54,676 nt of DNA, taken from contig CAZOSW010000004.1 in the NCBI GenBank assembly GCA_964582765.1, positions 1-54,676 of the forward strand. Direction: 5' to 3'. Of this stretch, positions 45,045-54,417 are shown piece after piece (the first letter of the stretch is position 1; each line of letters begins with the position of its first letter). A program made the position numbers and the translations under genes. A model generated the notes under the pieces. That model was not told where the DNA came from and did no database searches. It saw only the letters and a program-made list of their open reading frames with translations. This stretch comes from an uncultured Planctomycetales bacterium. Its GTDB lineage: Bacteria; Omnitrophota; Gorgyraeia; Gygaellales; Profunditerraquicolaceae.

Positions 45045-46158
45045 GGCAGTAGCCTGGAAGGAATTTATCCAGATTAAGCGCGATCCGCGCAGTTTGGGCC
45101 TGGCTATTGCTATCCCGATATTCATGCTTTTAATTTTCGGTTATGGGCTTTCCCTCGATATCGACCATGTGCGCATGCTTGTTTGGAATCAGGATAGCTC
45201 TTCGCAGATAACCCGAGATTTCCTGCTCAATTTTAATAATTCAAAATATTTTAAAATAGTTGGTTATACTGATAATTACCGCGATATTACGAAGAAAATT
45301 GATAATGGCCATATAATGATGGCTTTAATTATTCCTAAAGATTTTTCGCATTTTATCGAATCGGGTAAAGTCGCGCCTTTACAGCTTATCGTTGACGGAA
45401 GCGACGCTAATACTGCTACTATTGCTTTGGGTTACGTGCGTAGTGTGGTTTCAAAATACAATGTTGATTTATTAACTGAAGCTTTTGCCAAACACGGCAT
45501 GAATCCAGTTAAATCAGTAAATGCTCATCCGCGGGTTTGGTTTAATATGGGCCTAACCAGCACCTGGTTTATCATTCCCGGTGTTATTGCTATGATTATT
45601 ATGATTATTTCAGCACTACTTATTTCTATTACCATTTCCCGTGAATGGGAGAGGGGCACGATGGAGCAATTGATTTCTACTCCGGTAAAAGGCCCGGAGT
45701 TGATTCTCGGTAAGTTCATACCGTATTTTGTCATTGGTTTTTTTGATCTTTTGGTGGGCGTGCTGATGGCCAGATTTTTATTTGGGGTTCCTTTTAGGGG
45801 CAGTTATTTTCTGCTTATAATCCTAAGTTCTTTATTCTTAACCGGAGCATTGTCACAGGGAATATTAATTTCTGTTAATTCTAAAACTCAGCTTATGGCA
45901 ACTCAGCTCGCCAGCCTTTCTACGCTTATACCGACAATGTTATTATCCGGATTTATCTATCCGATTTTTAATATGCCTAAATTTATACAAGGTATTACTT
46001 ATTTGATTCCTGCGCGCTATTATATTACTGTCTTAAGAGATCTTTTCTTAAAAGGTAATGGCATAGCTACTATATGGGATGAAACTCTTTTTCTTTTATT
46101 ATTTGCATTTATCATGTTTTCTTTAGCGACAAGAAAGTTTAAGAAAAAGGTTATATAA
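45016..46158 (+). CDS. ABC-2 type transporter permease (YbhS/YbhR-like)
   Basis: AVAWKEFIQIKRDPRS N-terminus, a large extracytoplasmic loop, then five TM segments (SREWERGTMEQL). Confidence 0.85.
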   Translation: MIAQKLKRIKAVAWKEFIQIKRDPRSLGLAIAIPIFMLLIFGYGLSLDIDHVRMLVWNQDSSSQITRDFLLNFNNSKYFKIVGYTDNYRDITKKIDNGHIMMALIIPKDFSHFIESGKVAPLQLIVDGSDANTATIALGYVRSVVSKYNVDLLTEAFAKHGMNPVKSVNAHPRVWFNMGLTSTWFIIPGVIAMIIMIISALLISITISREWERGTMEQLISTPVKGPELILGKFIPYFVIGFFDLLVGVLMARFLFGVPFRGSYFLLIILSSLFLTGALSQGILISVNSKTQLMATQLASLSTLIPTMLLSGFIYPIFNMPKFIQGITYLIPARYYITVLRDLFLKGNGIATIWDETLFLLLFAFIMFSLATRKFKKKVI

Positions 46159-46230
46159 AGCTTAAGGTGCTTATGCTTACTTGTTTAGGCTCGTAAGTAT
46201 TTCGCTAGATAAAACCTTTAAGGTGCTCAA

Positions 46231-47358
46231 ATGTTTGAACGCGCAAAGGCGATTCTTGTAAAGGAATTCAAACAAATTTTCCGCGACCCGCGGATGAAAA
46301 CGATAATTTTTATCTCTCCTCTTTTTCAGATTATACTTTTTGGTTATTCTGCAAATAAAGATATCACTTATATCCCTACCGCAATTTACGACCGTGATAA
46401 TACCGCAGAGAGTAGGGAACTTCTGCGTAGGTTTACTTATTCCAAATATTTTGTTCCCGAGCGTTATATTTTTAACGACAAAGACCAGGATTTTGTTTTA
46501 AATAAAGGCCTAGTTAATACGGTTATTCGGATTGACCGCGGATTCGGCCGTAATATTAAAGCTAATAAAGATGCCAATATTCAGTTAGCTTTTGATGGTA
46601 CGGATTCAAATACTGCGATGATTGTTATGGGGTATGCTAATACGATTATGAGTAATTATCAGCAAGAGCTGCTTAAAAATAGAGCCGAGGCAGCCGGCTT
46701 TATTAATACTGTGCCTAGCGTGGATCTTAGAGACCGCGCTTGGTTTAACGGAAACCTTATTTCAAGGAATTATTATTTGCCCGGAGTAATAGCTACTATC
46801 GTAACTATGATGTCTCTTATGTTAACGGCTATGGCTATCGTAAAAGAAAAGGAGATCGGCACGATGGAGCAGTTGACAGTAAGCCCTTTAAGGCCGTTAG
46901 AGCTTGTTATAGGCAAACTCCTGCCTTTTGCAATGATTTCTCTGGTTCAGATTTTTCTTATTACTCTATTGGGAGTTGTTTGGTTTCATATACCCTTAAG
47001 GGGAAATGTTATTTTCCTTCTTTTTTCTACCTGCGTATATTTATTTACTACCTTAGGAATCGGTTTATTTATTTCTACAATATCTTCAACTCAACAGGAG
47101 GCAAATATGGCGGTTTTTCTTTTTTATTTGCCCACTGTTTTGCTTTCCGGATTTGCCTATCCGATTGCTAATATGCCGCCCGTTATTCAATGGTTTACGA
47201 TTTTTAATCCCATGCGCTATTTCATGGTAATCATCAGGAGTATTTTTTTAAAAGGAGTAGGAATAGAAGTGCTTTGGCCGCAGTTATTGCCGCTTTTTGT
47301 TATCGGAGTTGTAGTTATTACCTTAAGTTCCTTGCGTTTTCGTAAAGGTTTAAGTTAG
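46231..47358 (+). CDS. ABC-2 type transporter permease (YbhS/YbhR-like)
   Basis: Paralogue of the preceding gene (KEFKQIFRDPRM, KEKEIGTMEQL). Confidence 0.85.
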   Translation: MFERAKAILVKEFKQIFRDPRMKTIIFISPLFQIILFGYSANKDITYIPTAIYDRDNTAESRELLRRFTYSKYFVPERYIFNDKDQDFVLNKGLVNTVIRIDRGFGRNIKANKDANIQLAFDGTDSNTAMIVMGYANTIMSNYQQELLKNRAEAAGFINTVPSVDLRDRAWFNGNLISRNYYLPGVIATIVTMMSLMLTAMAIVKEKEIGTMEQLTVSPLRPLELVIGKLLPFAMISLVQIFLITLLGVVWFHIPLRGNVIFLLFSTCVYLFTTLGIGLFISTISSTQQEANMAVFLFYLPTVLLSGFAYPIANMPPVIQWFTIFNPMRYFMVIIRSIFLKGVGIEVLWPQLLPLFVIGVVVITLSSLRFRKGLS

Positions 47359-47389
47359 TTAGCCTTTTTTAGGGAGGCTTTAAAATAAT

Positions 47390-48076
47390 ATGCATATACC
47401 AGACGGATATTTAGGCCCGGCAACATGCGGTTTCTTTTATGCAATAATGCTGCCGATATGGACAGTTGCTTCGCATGTTGTTAAGAAAACTCTTAATGCC
47501 AGGCAGGTCCCATTGTTGGCGATAGGGGCGGCATTTAGTTTTGTGATTATGATGTTTAATCTTCCGATCCCCGGTGGCACCACCGGCCACGCTGTGGGTG
47601 GGGTGTTGGTAGCGATACTTATCGGTCCATGGGCAGCATGTATTGCCATTACAGTAGCGCTTGTAATCCAAGCTTTATTATTTGGAGACGGAGGGATTAC
47701 TGCTATAGGCGCAAATTGTTTTAACATGGCGTTTGTGCTTCCTTTTGCCGGGTATTATATCTATAAAGCAATTAGTTGCAAAACCGCCATAGATTCAAAA
47801 ATAAGGGTTGTTGCCGCAGGAATCGCCGGGTATGTAGCGCTTAATATTGCCGCAGGGCTAACTGGTTTTATGTTTGGTATTCAACCCCTGCTGTATAAAA
47901 CTGCCAGTGGCCAGGCTTTGTATTGTCCCTATGGTTTAAATGTTGCCTTACCTGTTATGCTGGGTGAGCATCTTCTGGTTTTTGGATGGGTGGAGGCAGT
48001 TGTAACTGCTCTAGTAATAAAATATTTACAAAAACATTCTCCGGAGCTTTTGGCAGGGGGGAGAAAAATAAAATGA
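47390..48076 (+). CDS. cbiM: Energy-coupling-factor substrate-capture protein CbiM/NikM
   Basis: N-terminal MHIPDGYL and GGTTGHAVGG motifs with a 6-7 TM topology. GGGAGG SD. Confidence 0.88.
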   Translation: MHIPDGYLGPATCGFFYAIMLPIWTVASHVVKKTLNARQVPLLAIGAAFSFVIMMFNLPIPGGTTGHAVGGVLVAILIGPWAACIAITVALVIQALLFGDGGITAIGANCFNMAFVLPFAGYYIYKAISCKTAIDSKIRVVAAGIAGYVALNIAAGLTGFMFGIQPLLYKTASGQALYCPYGLNVALPVMLGEHLLVFGWVEAVVTALVIKYLQKHSPELLAGGRKIK

Positions 48077-48411
48077 AGATTATTTCTAAACTTTGGGTTT
48101 CTATAGGAGTATTAATTATCTTGTCCCCAATAGGGTTGTTATTACCTGAGCGCTTTAAGGCAGGTTCAGCCTGGGGTGAGTGGGGAGCAAGTGAAATACG
48201 CCAGCTAGTCGGCTATATCCCCAGAGGCTTAGAAAAGTTCTCAAACATTTGGAGTGCGCCGGTTCCTGACTATGCTTTTAAGGGGCAGGAAGGGGCAGGG
48301 TTATTGGCTTTAAGTTTTGGGTATATTGGCTCAGCATTAATTGGTATCCTTGTTGTCGCAGGATTGGCGTTTTTAATTGCTAAATTTTTAATTAAAAAAA
48401 ATAATTTGTGA
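48073..48411 (+). CDS. PDGLE-domain protein (CbiN/NikN-like accessory component)
   Basis: TM - AWGEWG...SAPVPDYAF - TM architecture typical of PDGLE domains. ATGA overlap with cbiM. The start was set at the internal ATG at 48073. Confidence 0.65.
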   Translation: MKIISKLWVSIGVLIILSPIGLLLPERFKAGSAWGEWGASEIRQLVGYIPRGLEKFSNIWSAPVPDYAFKGQEGAGLLALSFGYIGSALIGILVVAGLAFLIAKFLIKKNNL

Positions 48412-48459
48412 TATAATCTATAAAATTACCTAATTCAAGACAAAAATAAAAATTCTTAA

Positions 48460-49533
48460 GTGTTAAAAACTCCGCTTTATGATATCCATCTTGCCTGTGG
48501 CGCAAAAATTGCTCCTTTTGGCGGTTGGCTTATGCCTATTCAATATCAGGGCATTTTAGCTGAACATGCCTACACCCGCCAGGCAGTTTCGGTTTTTGAT
48601 GTCTGTCATATGGGCGAATTTTTGCTCGAGGCAGATCCTGCCTTAAGCGGTTTTGATCGCGTTGTTACTCAAAATATAATCTCTATACCTCCTGCAAGCT
48701 GCCGTTATGGTTTTATGCTCAATGAGCAGGCGGGGGTATTAGATGATTTGGTTGTATACCGTATTAATAAAAATAATTGGATGTTAGTGGTTAATGCAGC
48801 AACCGCTTTAGGCGATTTTGAATACTTAAAGAAGAACCTTTCGGGAGAATACCATCTTCAAAATGTTTCCGATAAAACAGGAAAACTTGATCTTCAGGGC
48901 CCGCATTCGCTTGATGTGCTTAGGGATATTTTCGGCGATGATATAGGAAAACTTAGCTATTACACCTTTGCCGATTTCGTTTTTGAAAAAGAGCATTGCA
49001 TAATAAGCAGAACCGGTTACACTGGAGAGCTAGGGTTTGAAATCTACATTTCAAATGATTATGTAGTAAAATTATGGGAGTTTTTGCTCAAAGGCCGAGG
49101 CGTTAAACCCGCGGGTTTAGGAAGCCGTGATACTTTGCGCCTTGAAATGGGTTATCCTCTTTATGGCCAGGATTTAGATATAAACCGTACTCCGTTAGCT
49201 GCCGGTTTTGGCAAGTTTATTGATTTCTCGAAAGATTTTATTGGCAAAGATGCCTTGCTTAAAGAGCTTAATAGCGGCCCAGGCGAACATTTAATTTGTT
49301 TTCGGGCAGATTCCCGCCGGGCGCCGCGCCACGGTTTTGCGATATTTGATATGGATAAACGTGTTGGAACTGTAACCAGCGGTTCTTTTTCTCCGACTCT
49401 CTCGGTAGGTATTGGGATGGGTTATGTTGCTGGTAATTATAATATTGGCACACAGCTTGTTGTTAGAGATGTTTCAACGGAGATTTCGGTAACAATTGTA
49501 AAGAAACCATTTTTAAGTAAAACTTCATTATAA
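48460..49533 (+). CDS. gcvT: Glycine cleavage system aminomethyltransferase (T protein)
   Basis: LKTPLYDIHLACGAKIAPFGGWLMPIQY and GYTGELGFEIY. GTG start with no clear SD. Confidence 0.92.
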   Translation: MLKTPLYDIHLACGAKIAPFGGWLMPIQYQGILAEHAYTRQAVSVFDVCHMGEFLLEADPALSGFDRVVTQNIISIPPASCRYGFMLNEQAGVLDDLVVYRINKNNWMLVVNAATALGDFEYLKKNLSGEYHLQNVSDKTGKLDLQGPHSLDVLRDIFGDDIGKLSYYTFADFVFEKEHCIISRTGYTGELGFEIYISNDYVVKLWEFLLKGRGVKPAGLGSRDTLRLEMGYPLYGQDLDINRTPLAAGFGKFIDFSKDFIGKDALLKELNSGPGEHLICFRADSRRAPRHGFAIFDMDKRVGTVTSGSFSPTLSVGIGMGYVAGNYNIGTQLVVRDVSTEISVTIVKKPFLSKTSL

Positions 49534-49536
49534 TTA

Positions 49537-49586
49537 AAGGCACCCAACGCTAATTGGCACCTGGAGAGAGCGTAATTGTGAGGGTG
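49537..49586 (+). promoter_or_regulatory. Structured gcvT-gcvH intergenic element carrying the 18-nt motif AAGGCACCCAACGCTAAT
   Basis: CACCC/GGGTG and ACGCT/AGCGT pairing. It is followed by UUGUGUUUGU and the gcvH SD. The motif recurs at 54347-54364. Confidence 0.4.
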
Positions 49587-49612
49587 TTGTGTTTGTATGC
49601 AAGGAGGGCTTA

Positions 49613-50002
49613 ATGAATATAGAAAAGAATCTTTTATACACTAAAGATCACGAATGGGTACGTATTGAAGGAAAAGTAGCATATGTTGGAATTACCGATT
49701 ATGCCCAGCACTCTTTAGGTGACATTACTTTTGTTGAGCTTCCGAAAATAGGCGAAGAAATAAAGCAGGCTTCTTATTGCGCGACTGTAGAGTCGGTTAA
49801 AGCTGCATCTGAAGTATATGCGCCTTTATCAGGAAAAGTTTTGTCCGTTAATGCGGAATTATCCGCACATCCGGAATTAATTAATCAATCGCCATGCGAA
49901 AAAGGTTATTTTTTCACTATGGAATTTTCAAATGAAGCCCAGAAAGCAAATCTTATGGATGCTGCTACTTACCAGCGCTACGTAGAAGGAATTTCTAAAT
50001 GA
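49613..50002 (+). CDS. gcvH: Glycine cleavage system H protein
   Basis: YTKDHEWV and the lipoyl-lysine motif VESVKAASEVYAPLSG. The start was set at the ATG after AAGGAGG, rather than the upstream GTG at 49589. Confidence 0.93.
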   Translation: MNIEKNLLYTKDHEWVRIEGKVAYVGITDYAQHSLGDITFVELPKIGEEIKQASYCATVESVKAASEVYAPLSGKVLSVNAELSAHPELINQSPCEKGYFFTMEFSNEAQKANLMDAATYQRYVEGISK

Positions 50003-51330
50003 ATTTTATCCCGCATACACAAGAAGACACTAAAGAGATGCTTCAGGCAATAGGTTTAAAGAGTATTGACGAACTCTTTAAAGATATCCCTGTTGAGCTT
50101 AGGCCGAAATCATTCAATATCCCCGACGGAAAATCAGAATTTGAAGTAACACAAGTTTTACATAAACTTTCCCTAAAAAATGCGACGTGTTTAATTAATT
50201 TTGTCGGTGCCGGGTTCTATGATCATTTTATTCCTGCTGTAGTGGATGCAATTGCCAGCCGTTCGGAATTTTATACTGCTTATACTCCATATCAGGCGGA
50301 ATGTTCTCAAGGGTGGTTGCAGGCAATCTATGAATATCAGACAATTGTTTGTCAACTCACTGGCCTTGATGTCTCCAATGCCTCTTTATATGATGGCGGC
50401 ACAGCCCTTTTTGAGGCAATGATGATAGCAATAAGGCAGACCGGCCGTAATAAAATTATTCTGGATAGTGGGGTGAATTTGATTTACCGCACTATGCTTT
50501 ATACTTATACCTCAAATCTTTCTATTGAGTTTGTGGAAATTCCGGTTGCGCATGGGCAGAGCAGCCGTAAGGATTTATTTAAACATCTGGATAATAAAAC
50601 TGCGGCGGTAATTTTACAGAACCCTAATTTTTTTGGGGTTGTTGATGATTATAGCGACGTGGTAAAAGAAGTGCATAAGTTTGGCGCTTTGGCAATTACT
50701 TCGGTATATCCGGTTTCTTTGGGAATGTTGAAAACTCCCCAGGAGATGGGGTTTGATATTGCGACAGGAGAAGGCCAAAGTTTAGGAATTCCACTTTCTT
50801 TTGGTGGGCCATACCTTGGATTTATGGCGGCAAAAAATGAATTAGTACGCCAGATGCCCGGCAGGATTGTAGGGGCTACGGTTGATAGTGAGGGCAGAAG
50901 AGGTTTTGTATTAACTCTTCAGACGCGAGAGCAGCATATCCGCCGTGAAAGAGCAACCTCGAATATTTGTTCAAATGAAGCGCTTTGTGCTTTGCGCGCA
51001 GCAGTGTTTGTTTCGCTATTAGGCAGAGATGGGCTTACGGAATTAGCAGAGCATAATTATCGGAAAGCAGAGTTTGCTAAAGAGCAGCTATCCCGGATTC
51101 CCGGGGTAGAGGTAAAGCGGTCATCTGCGACTTTTAATGAATTTACAGTGTTATTGCCGTGCCATGCGGATAGAGTAGTGCAGCGAATGATTGAAAAAGG
51201 TTTTGCCTGTGGTTTTCCGCTGGGCAGATTTTATAAAGGAATGGATAATTATTTATTGATTGCTGTTACAGAAAAAAGGACTAAAGAAGAGATTTGCATG
51301 TTTGTCGATAGCCTAAAGACAGTATTATGA
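49999..51330 (+). CDS. gcvPA: Glycine dehydrogenase (decarboxylating) subunit 1
   Basis: 443 aa. FYTAYTPYQAE.SQG and QTREQHIRRERATSNICSN. ATGA overlap with gcvH. Confidence 0.93.
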   Translation: MNFIPHTQEDTKEMLQAIGLKSIDELFKDIPVELRPKSFNIPDGKSEFEVTQVLHKLSLKNATCLINFVGAGFYDHFIPAVVDAIASRSEFYTAYTPYQAECSQGWLQAIYEYQTIVCQLTGLDVSNASLYDGGTALFEAMMIAIRQTGRNKIILDSGVNLIYRTMLYTYTSNLSIEFVEIPVAHGQSSRKDLFKHLDNKTAAVILQNPNFFGVVDDYSDVVKEVHKFGALAITSVYPVSLGMLKTPQEMGFDIATGEGQSLGIPLSFGGPYLGFMAAKNELVRQMPGRIVGATVDSEGRRGFVLTLQTREQHIRRERATSNICSNEALCALRAAVFVSLLGRDGLTELAEHNYRKAEFAKEQLSRIPGVEVKRSSATFNEFTVLLPCHADRVVQRMIEKGFACGFPLGRFYKGMDNYLLIAVTEKRTKEEICMFVDSLKTVL

Positions 51331-52781
51331 AGCTAATTTTCGAAAAGCATAAAGATGGCCGCAGGGGGTTTTCGTATGGCTTAGCCAGTGAGCCTGAAGC
51401 AAAACCTTTGCCAAAAAAATATTGCAGGACTACTGTTGCGAGTTTGCCTGCCTTAAGTGAGTTAGATGTAGTGCGCCATTATACAAACCTTTCCCGCCTC
51501 AATTTTTCTCTAGATACTAATTTTTATCCGCTAGGTTCATGTACGATGAAATATAATCCGAAATTTACCGAGCGGATAGCTTGTTTTGAAGGATTTTCGC
51601 AATTGCATCCTTTGCTGCCGCAGCTCTCAGGCGGCGGCATACTCTCACAGGGTTCATTAGAGGTTTTGTTTGAGACAGAGAAACTGCTTTGTGAAATTAC
51701 CGCAATGAGCGCTTTTACCATGCAACCTTTGGCAGGAGCGCATGGTGAGTTAACCGGGGTCATGCTTATTGCTGCCTATCATAAAGATAAAGGATTAAAG
51801 CGTAAATATGTAATTGTCCCGGATTCTTCGCATGGTACTAACCCAGCGAGTGCTGCGATTGCCGGCTACCAGGTTAAAGTTATTGCAACCAGTGCCGATG
51901 GTTATATGGATTTAGAGGAATATCAAAAACAATTAAATGATGAAGTAGCAGCAGTGATGTTGACTTGTCCGGATACCCTGGGGATTTTTAATCCGCAGAT
52001 TAAAAAGATTGCGGATATGGCGCATAAGGTTGGCGCTCTAATGTATTACGACGGAGCCAATCTTAATGCTATGCTTGGAAAATGCCGGCCCGGAGATATT
52101 GGTTTTGATCTGGTGCATCTAAATCTACATAAAACTTTTGCTACTCCTCATGGCGGGGGAGGCCCGGGGGCAGGCCCGGTGGGGGTTAGTGAAAAATTAG
52201 TTGAGTTCTTGCCGATTTCTCGCGTAGTCATGCGCAGCGACGGAACATACGCGCTTAATTATAATTATCGTAAATCAATTGGTTATATCGCGCCTTTTTA
52301 CGGAAATTTCGGCGTGATTCTTAAGGCATATGCCTATATCCTGGCTTTGGGCAAAGAAGGTTTAATTAATGCAGCAGAAATCGCCGTGTTAAATGCTAAT
52401 TATTGCCAAGCTAAACTTAAAAGTTATTATGACCTGCCTTTTGATAAAAACTGTATGCATGAATGCATTTTCTCCGCAACGCGCCAGGCAAAAAACGGGG
52501 TGCATGCCTTGGATATTGCCAAATATTTAATCGACAAAGGTTTTCATCCTCCGACGATATACTTTCCGTTGATTGTGCAAGAGGCGTTGATGATTGAGCC
52601 TACTGAAACAGAGTCTAAAGAGAGCATTGATGCTTTTATTGATGCGATGATTGAGATTGCACGCCTTGCAGCTGAGAATCCTTTTTTAGTTAAAGAGGCG
52701 CCAATTAATATGCCGATAAAACGACTTGATGAAGTAAGGGCAGCGCGAAAGCCGGATCTTTGCTGGAAACCGCAAAATTAA
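51327..52781 (+). CDS. gcvPB: Glycine dehydrogenase (decarboxylating) subunit 2
   Basis: 484 aa. PLGSCTMKYNP and the PLP lysine context NLHKTFATPHGGGGPG. ATGA overlap with gcvPA. Confidence 0.93.
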   Translation: MKLIFEKHKDGRRGFSYGLASEPEAKPLPKKYCRTTVASLPALSELDVVRHYTNLSRLNFSLDTNFYPLGSCTMKYNPKFTERIACFEGFSQLHPLLPQLSGGGILSQGSLEVLFETEKLLCEITAMSAFTMQPLAGAHGELTGVMLIAAYHKDKGLKRKYVIVPDSSHGTNPASAAIAGYQVKVIATSADGYMDLEEYQKQLNDEVAAVMLTCPDTLGIFNPQIKKIADMAHKVGALMYYDGANLNAMLGKCRPGDIGFDLVHLNLHKTFATPHGGGGPGAGPVGVSEKLVEFLPISRVVMRSDGTYALNYNYRKSIGYIAPFYGNFGVILKAYAYILALGKEGLINAAEIAVLNANYCQAKLKSYYDLPFDKNCMHECIFSATRQAKNGVHALDIAKYLIDKGFHPPTIYFPLIVQEALMIEPTETESKESIDAFIDAMIEIARLAAENPFLVKEAPINMPIKRLDEVRAARKPDLCWKPQN

Positions 52782-52787
52782 TATTAT

Positions 52788-53510
52788 ATGAAATCATTTA
52801 AACTTATTCGATCGGGCGCATCTTCTGCCGCCTCTAATATGGCGTTGGATGAAGAAATTTTTAGACAATACCTAGAGGATGGTGTTGGTGTATTTCGCCT
52901 GTACCAATGGCAAGGGCCTTCTTTTACTTATGGCTTCTCCCAGAATCCTGAAGGCCAAATTGATTTACCCCGCTGCGCATCTGATGGTGTCCAGATTGCA
53001 AAAAGAATTACCGGTGGTGGAATTTTATTTCATTATGATGAGATAACTTATAGTTTTGTTTGTAGTAAAACCGATGTGGGTGAACCCCAGGGGGTGTTTG
53101 TTTCTTATCGGGATATATGCGCGTTTCTTATGCAATTCTATCAATCACTCGGGCTTAATCCAGTTTTTGCGCTCCAGGCAGAAAGTTTTAAGAATAGATG
53201 CGCGCCACATCAGCTTTGCAGCGCATCAAATGAAAAATACGATATAGTGGTTGATGGTAAGAAAATCGGCGGCAATGCCCAGAAAAGAAAGAGGCAGGTT
53301 ATCTTTCAGCATGGTTCTATCCCCTGCCGCATTGATTGGAGTTTTGTGCGTAGGTATATTAAATCTTTGCCTTTTGATATAGCCGAGTATGTTACAACTC
53401 TTGACAACGAATTAGGAGTTGTTCCTGAAAAAGATATTTTAGAAGAGAAATTAATTGAGGCCTTTGAACGATCTTTGAATGTGCGTTTCTATGAAACCTG
53501 CTTGGCTTAA
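52788..53510 (+). CDS. Lipoate-protein ligase / octanoyltransferase family protein (LplA/LipM-like BPL_LplA_LipB domain)
   Basis: KRITGGGILFH and GKKIGGNAQKR (catalytic Lys context). Confidence 0.8.
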   Translation: MKSFKLIRSGASSAASNMALDEEIFRQYLEDGVGVFRLYQWQGPSFTYGFSQNPEGQIDLPRCASDGVQIAKRITGGGILFHYDEITYSFVCSKTDVGEPQGVFVSYRDICAFLMQFYQSLGLNPVFALQAESFKNRCAPHQLCSASNEKYDIVVDGKKIGGNAQKRKRQVIFQHGSIPCRIDWSFVRRYIKSLPFDIAEYVTTLDNELGVVPEKDILEEKLIEAFERSLNVRFYETCLA

Positions 53511-54327
53511 TAAAAAGATTGATCTTAAAAGTTGTTCTGCGCTAAAAGAGGCCTTACGGGACCTGCGCCTTAATACAGTTTGCGAACAGGCAATGTGCCC
53601 GAATATCGGTGAATGTTTTTCGCACAACCTAGCGACATTTTTAATCCTTGGCCGTTATTGTACGCGCATGTGCAGTTTTTGTAACATAGAGAAGAAGAAA
53701 CCATTGCTGGTAGATTTGGATGAGCCTGTTAGGGTAGCCGAGGCGGTTAGAAGGTTTTCTTTAAAACATGTTGTAATTACCAGTGTTACCCGGGATGATT
53801 TAGATGACGGCGGAGCAGGAATTTTTGCGAAAACTGTTTCTTGTATTAAACAGACGTCTCCGGGTGTAGCCATTGAGGTTTTGATTCCTGATTTTAAACT
53901 TTCTTTAGATGCTCTAAGGGAAGTTGCAGGATCCTGTCCGCATATTATTGCGCATAATATTGAAACTGTTCCTTCGCTTTATCGAGTAGCGCGCCAGGGC
54001 GCAAATTATGCGCGATCGCTTAGTGTATTGCGCATAATTAAAAAAATTTCTCCGGAACTTAAGACAAAATCCGGCCTTATGCTTGGGTTGGGAGAAAAAA
54101 AAGAGGAAGTTATTTCGGTTATGGAGGACCTGCGTTCGGTTGATTGTGATTTTTTAAGTATTGGACAGTATCTTGCGCCGAGCCAGAAGCATTATCCGGT
54201 TAAAGAATATATTGCTCCGGAGCAATTCGATTATTTTAAAGAAAAAGGCAAGCGTTTAGGGTTTTTGCATATCCAAAGCAGTCCGTATGTGCGTAGTTCA
54301 TATATGGCAGCCGAGTATTTATCTTAA
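53491..54327 (+). CDS. lipA: Lipoyl synthase
   Basis: CPNIGECF auxiliary-cluster motif and radical-SAM CTRMCSFCNI. An alternative in-frame ATG lies at 53479. Confidence 0.93.
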   Translation: MKPAWLNKKIDLKSCSALKEALRDLRLNTVCEQAMCPNIGECFSHNLATFLILGRYCTRMCSFCNIEKKKPLLVDLDEPVRVAEAVRRFSLKHVVITSVTRDDLDDGGAGIFAKTVSCIKQTSPGVAIEVLIPDFKLSLDALREVAGSCPHIIAHNIETVPSLYRVARQGANYARSLSVLRIIKKISPELKTKSGLMLGLGEKKEEVISVMEDLRSVDCDFLSIGQYLAPSQKHYPVKEYIAPEQFDYFKEKGKRLGFLHIQSSPYVRSSYMAAEYLS

Positions 54328-54346
54328 ATTAACACCCCGCGCTTGT

Positions 54347-54417
54347 AAGGCACCCGACGCTAATAATGTATTGCGTCGGTGTGCGCTACGTAGCGCAGTG
54401 TGCCCTTGTGGGCAAGG
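54347..54417 (+). promoter_or_regulatory. Structured thyX leader carrying AAGGCACCCGACGCTAAT and three consecutive hairpins
   Basis: Hairpin 1 is GGCACCCGACGC/GCGTCGG(T)GTGC. Hairpin 2 is the palindrome GCGCTACGTAGCGC (54383-54396). Hairpin 3 is GCCC-TTGT-GGGC, directly 5' of the AAGGAG SD. Confidence 0.4.

Noticed and set aside
46162-46227. Direct repeat TTAAGGTGCT (46162-71 and 46218-27), with a 7-codon mini-ORF MLTCLGS after the first copy.
   Set aside because: The repeat is essentially a duplicated SD context between two paralogous permease genes, probably a by-product of the gene duplication. The first SD-ATG spacing is only 3 nt, and no structure or terminator is attached.
48412-48459. 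Expected glycine riboswitch upstream of gcvT.
   Set aside because: Only 48 AT-rich nucleotides separate the PDGLE gene from gcvT. There are no GGAGAG...CACCGAAGGGGCAA-type elements. The CUGGAGAG at 49561-49568 lacks the rest of the aptamer.
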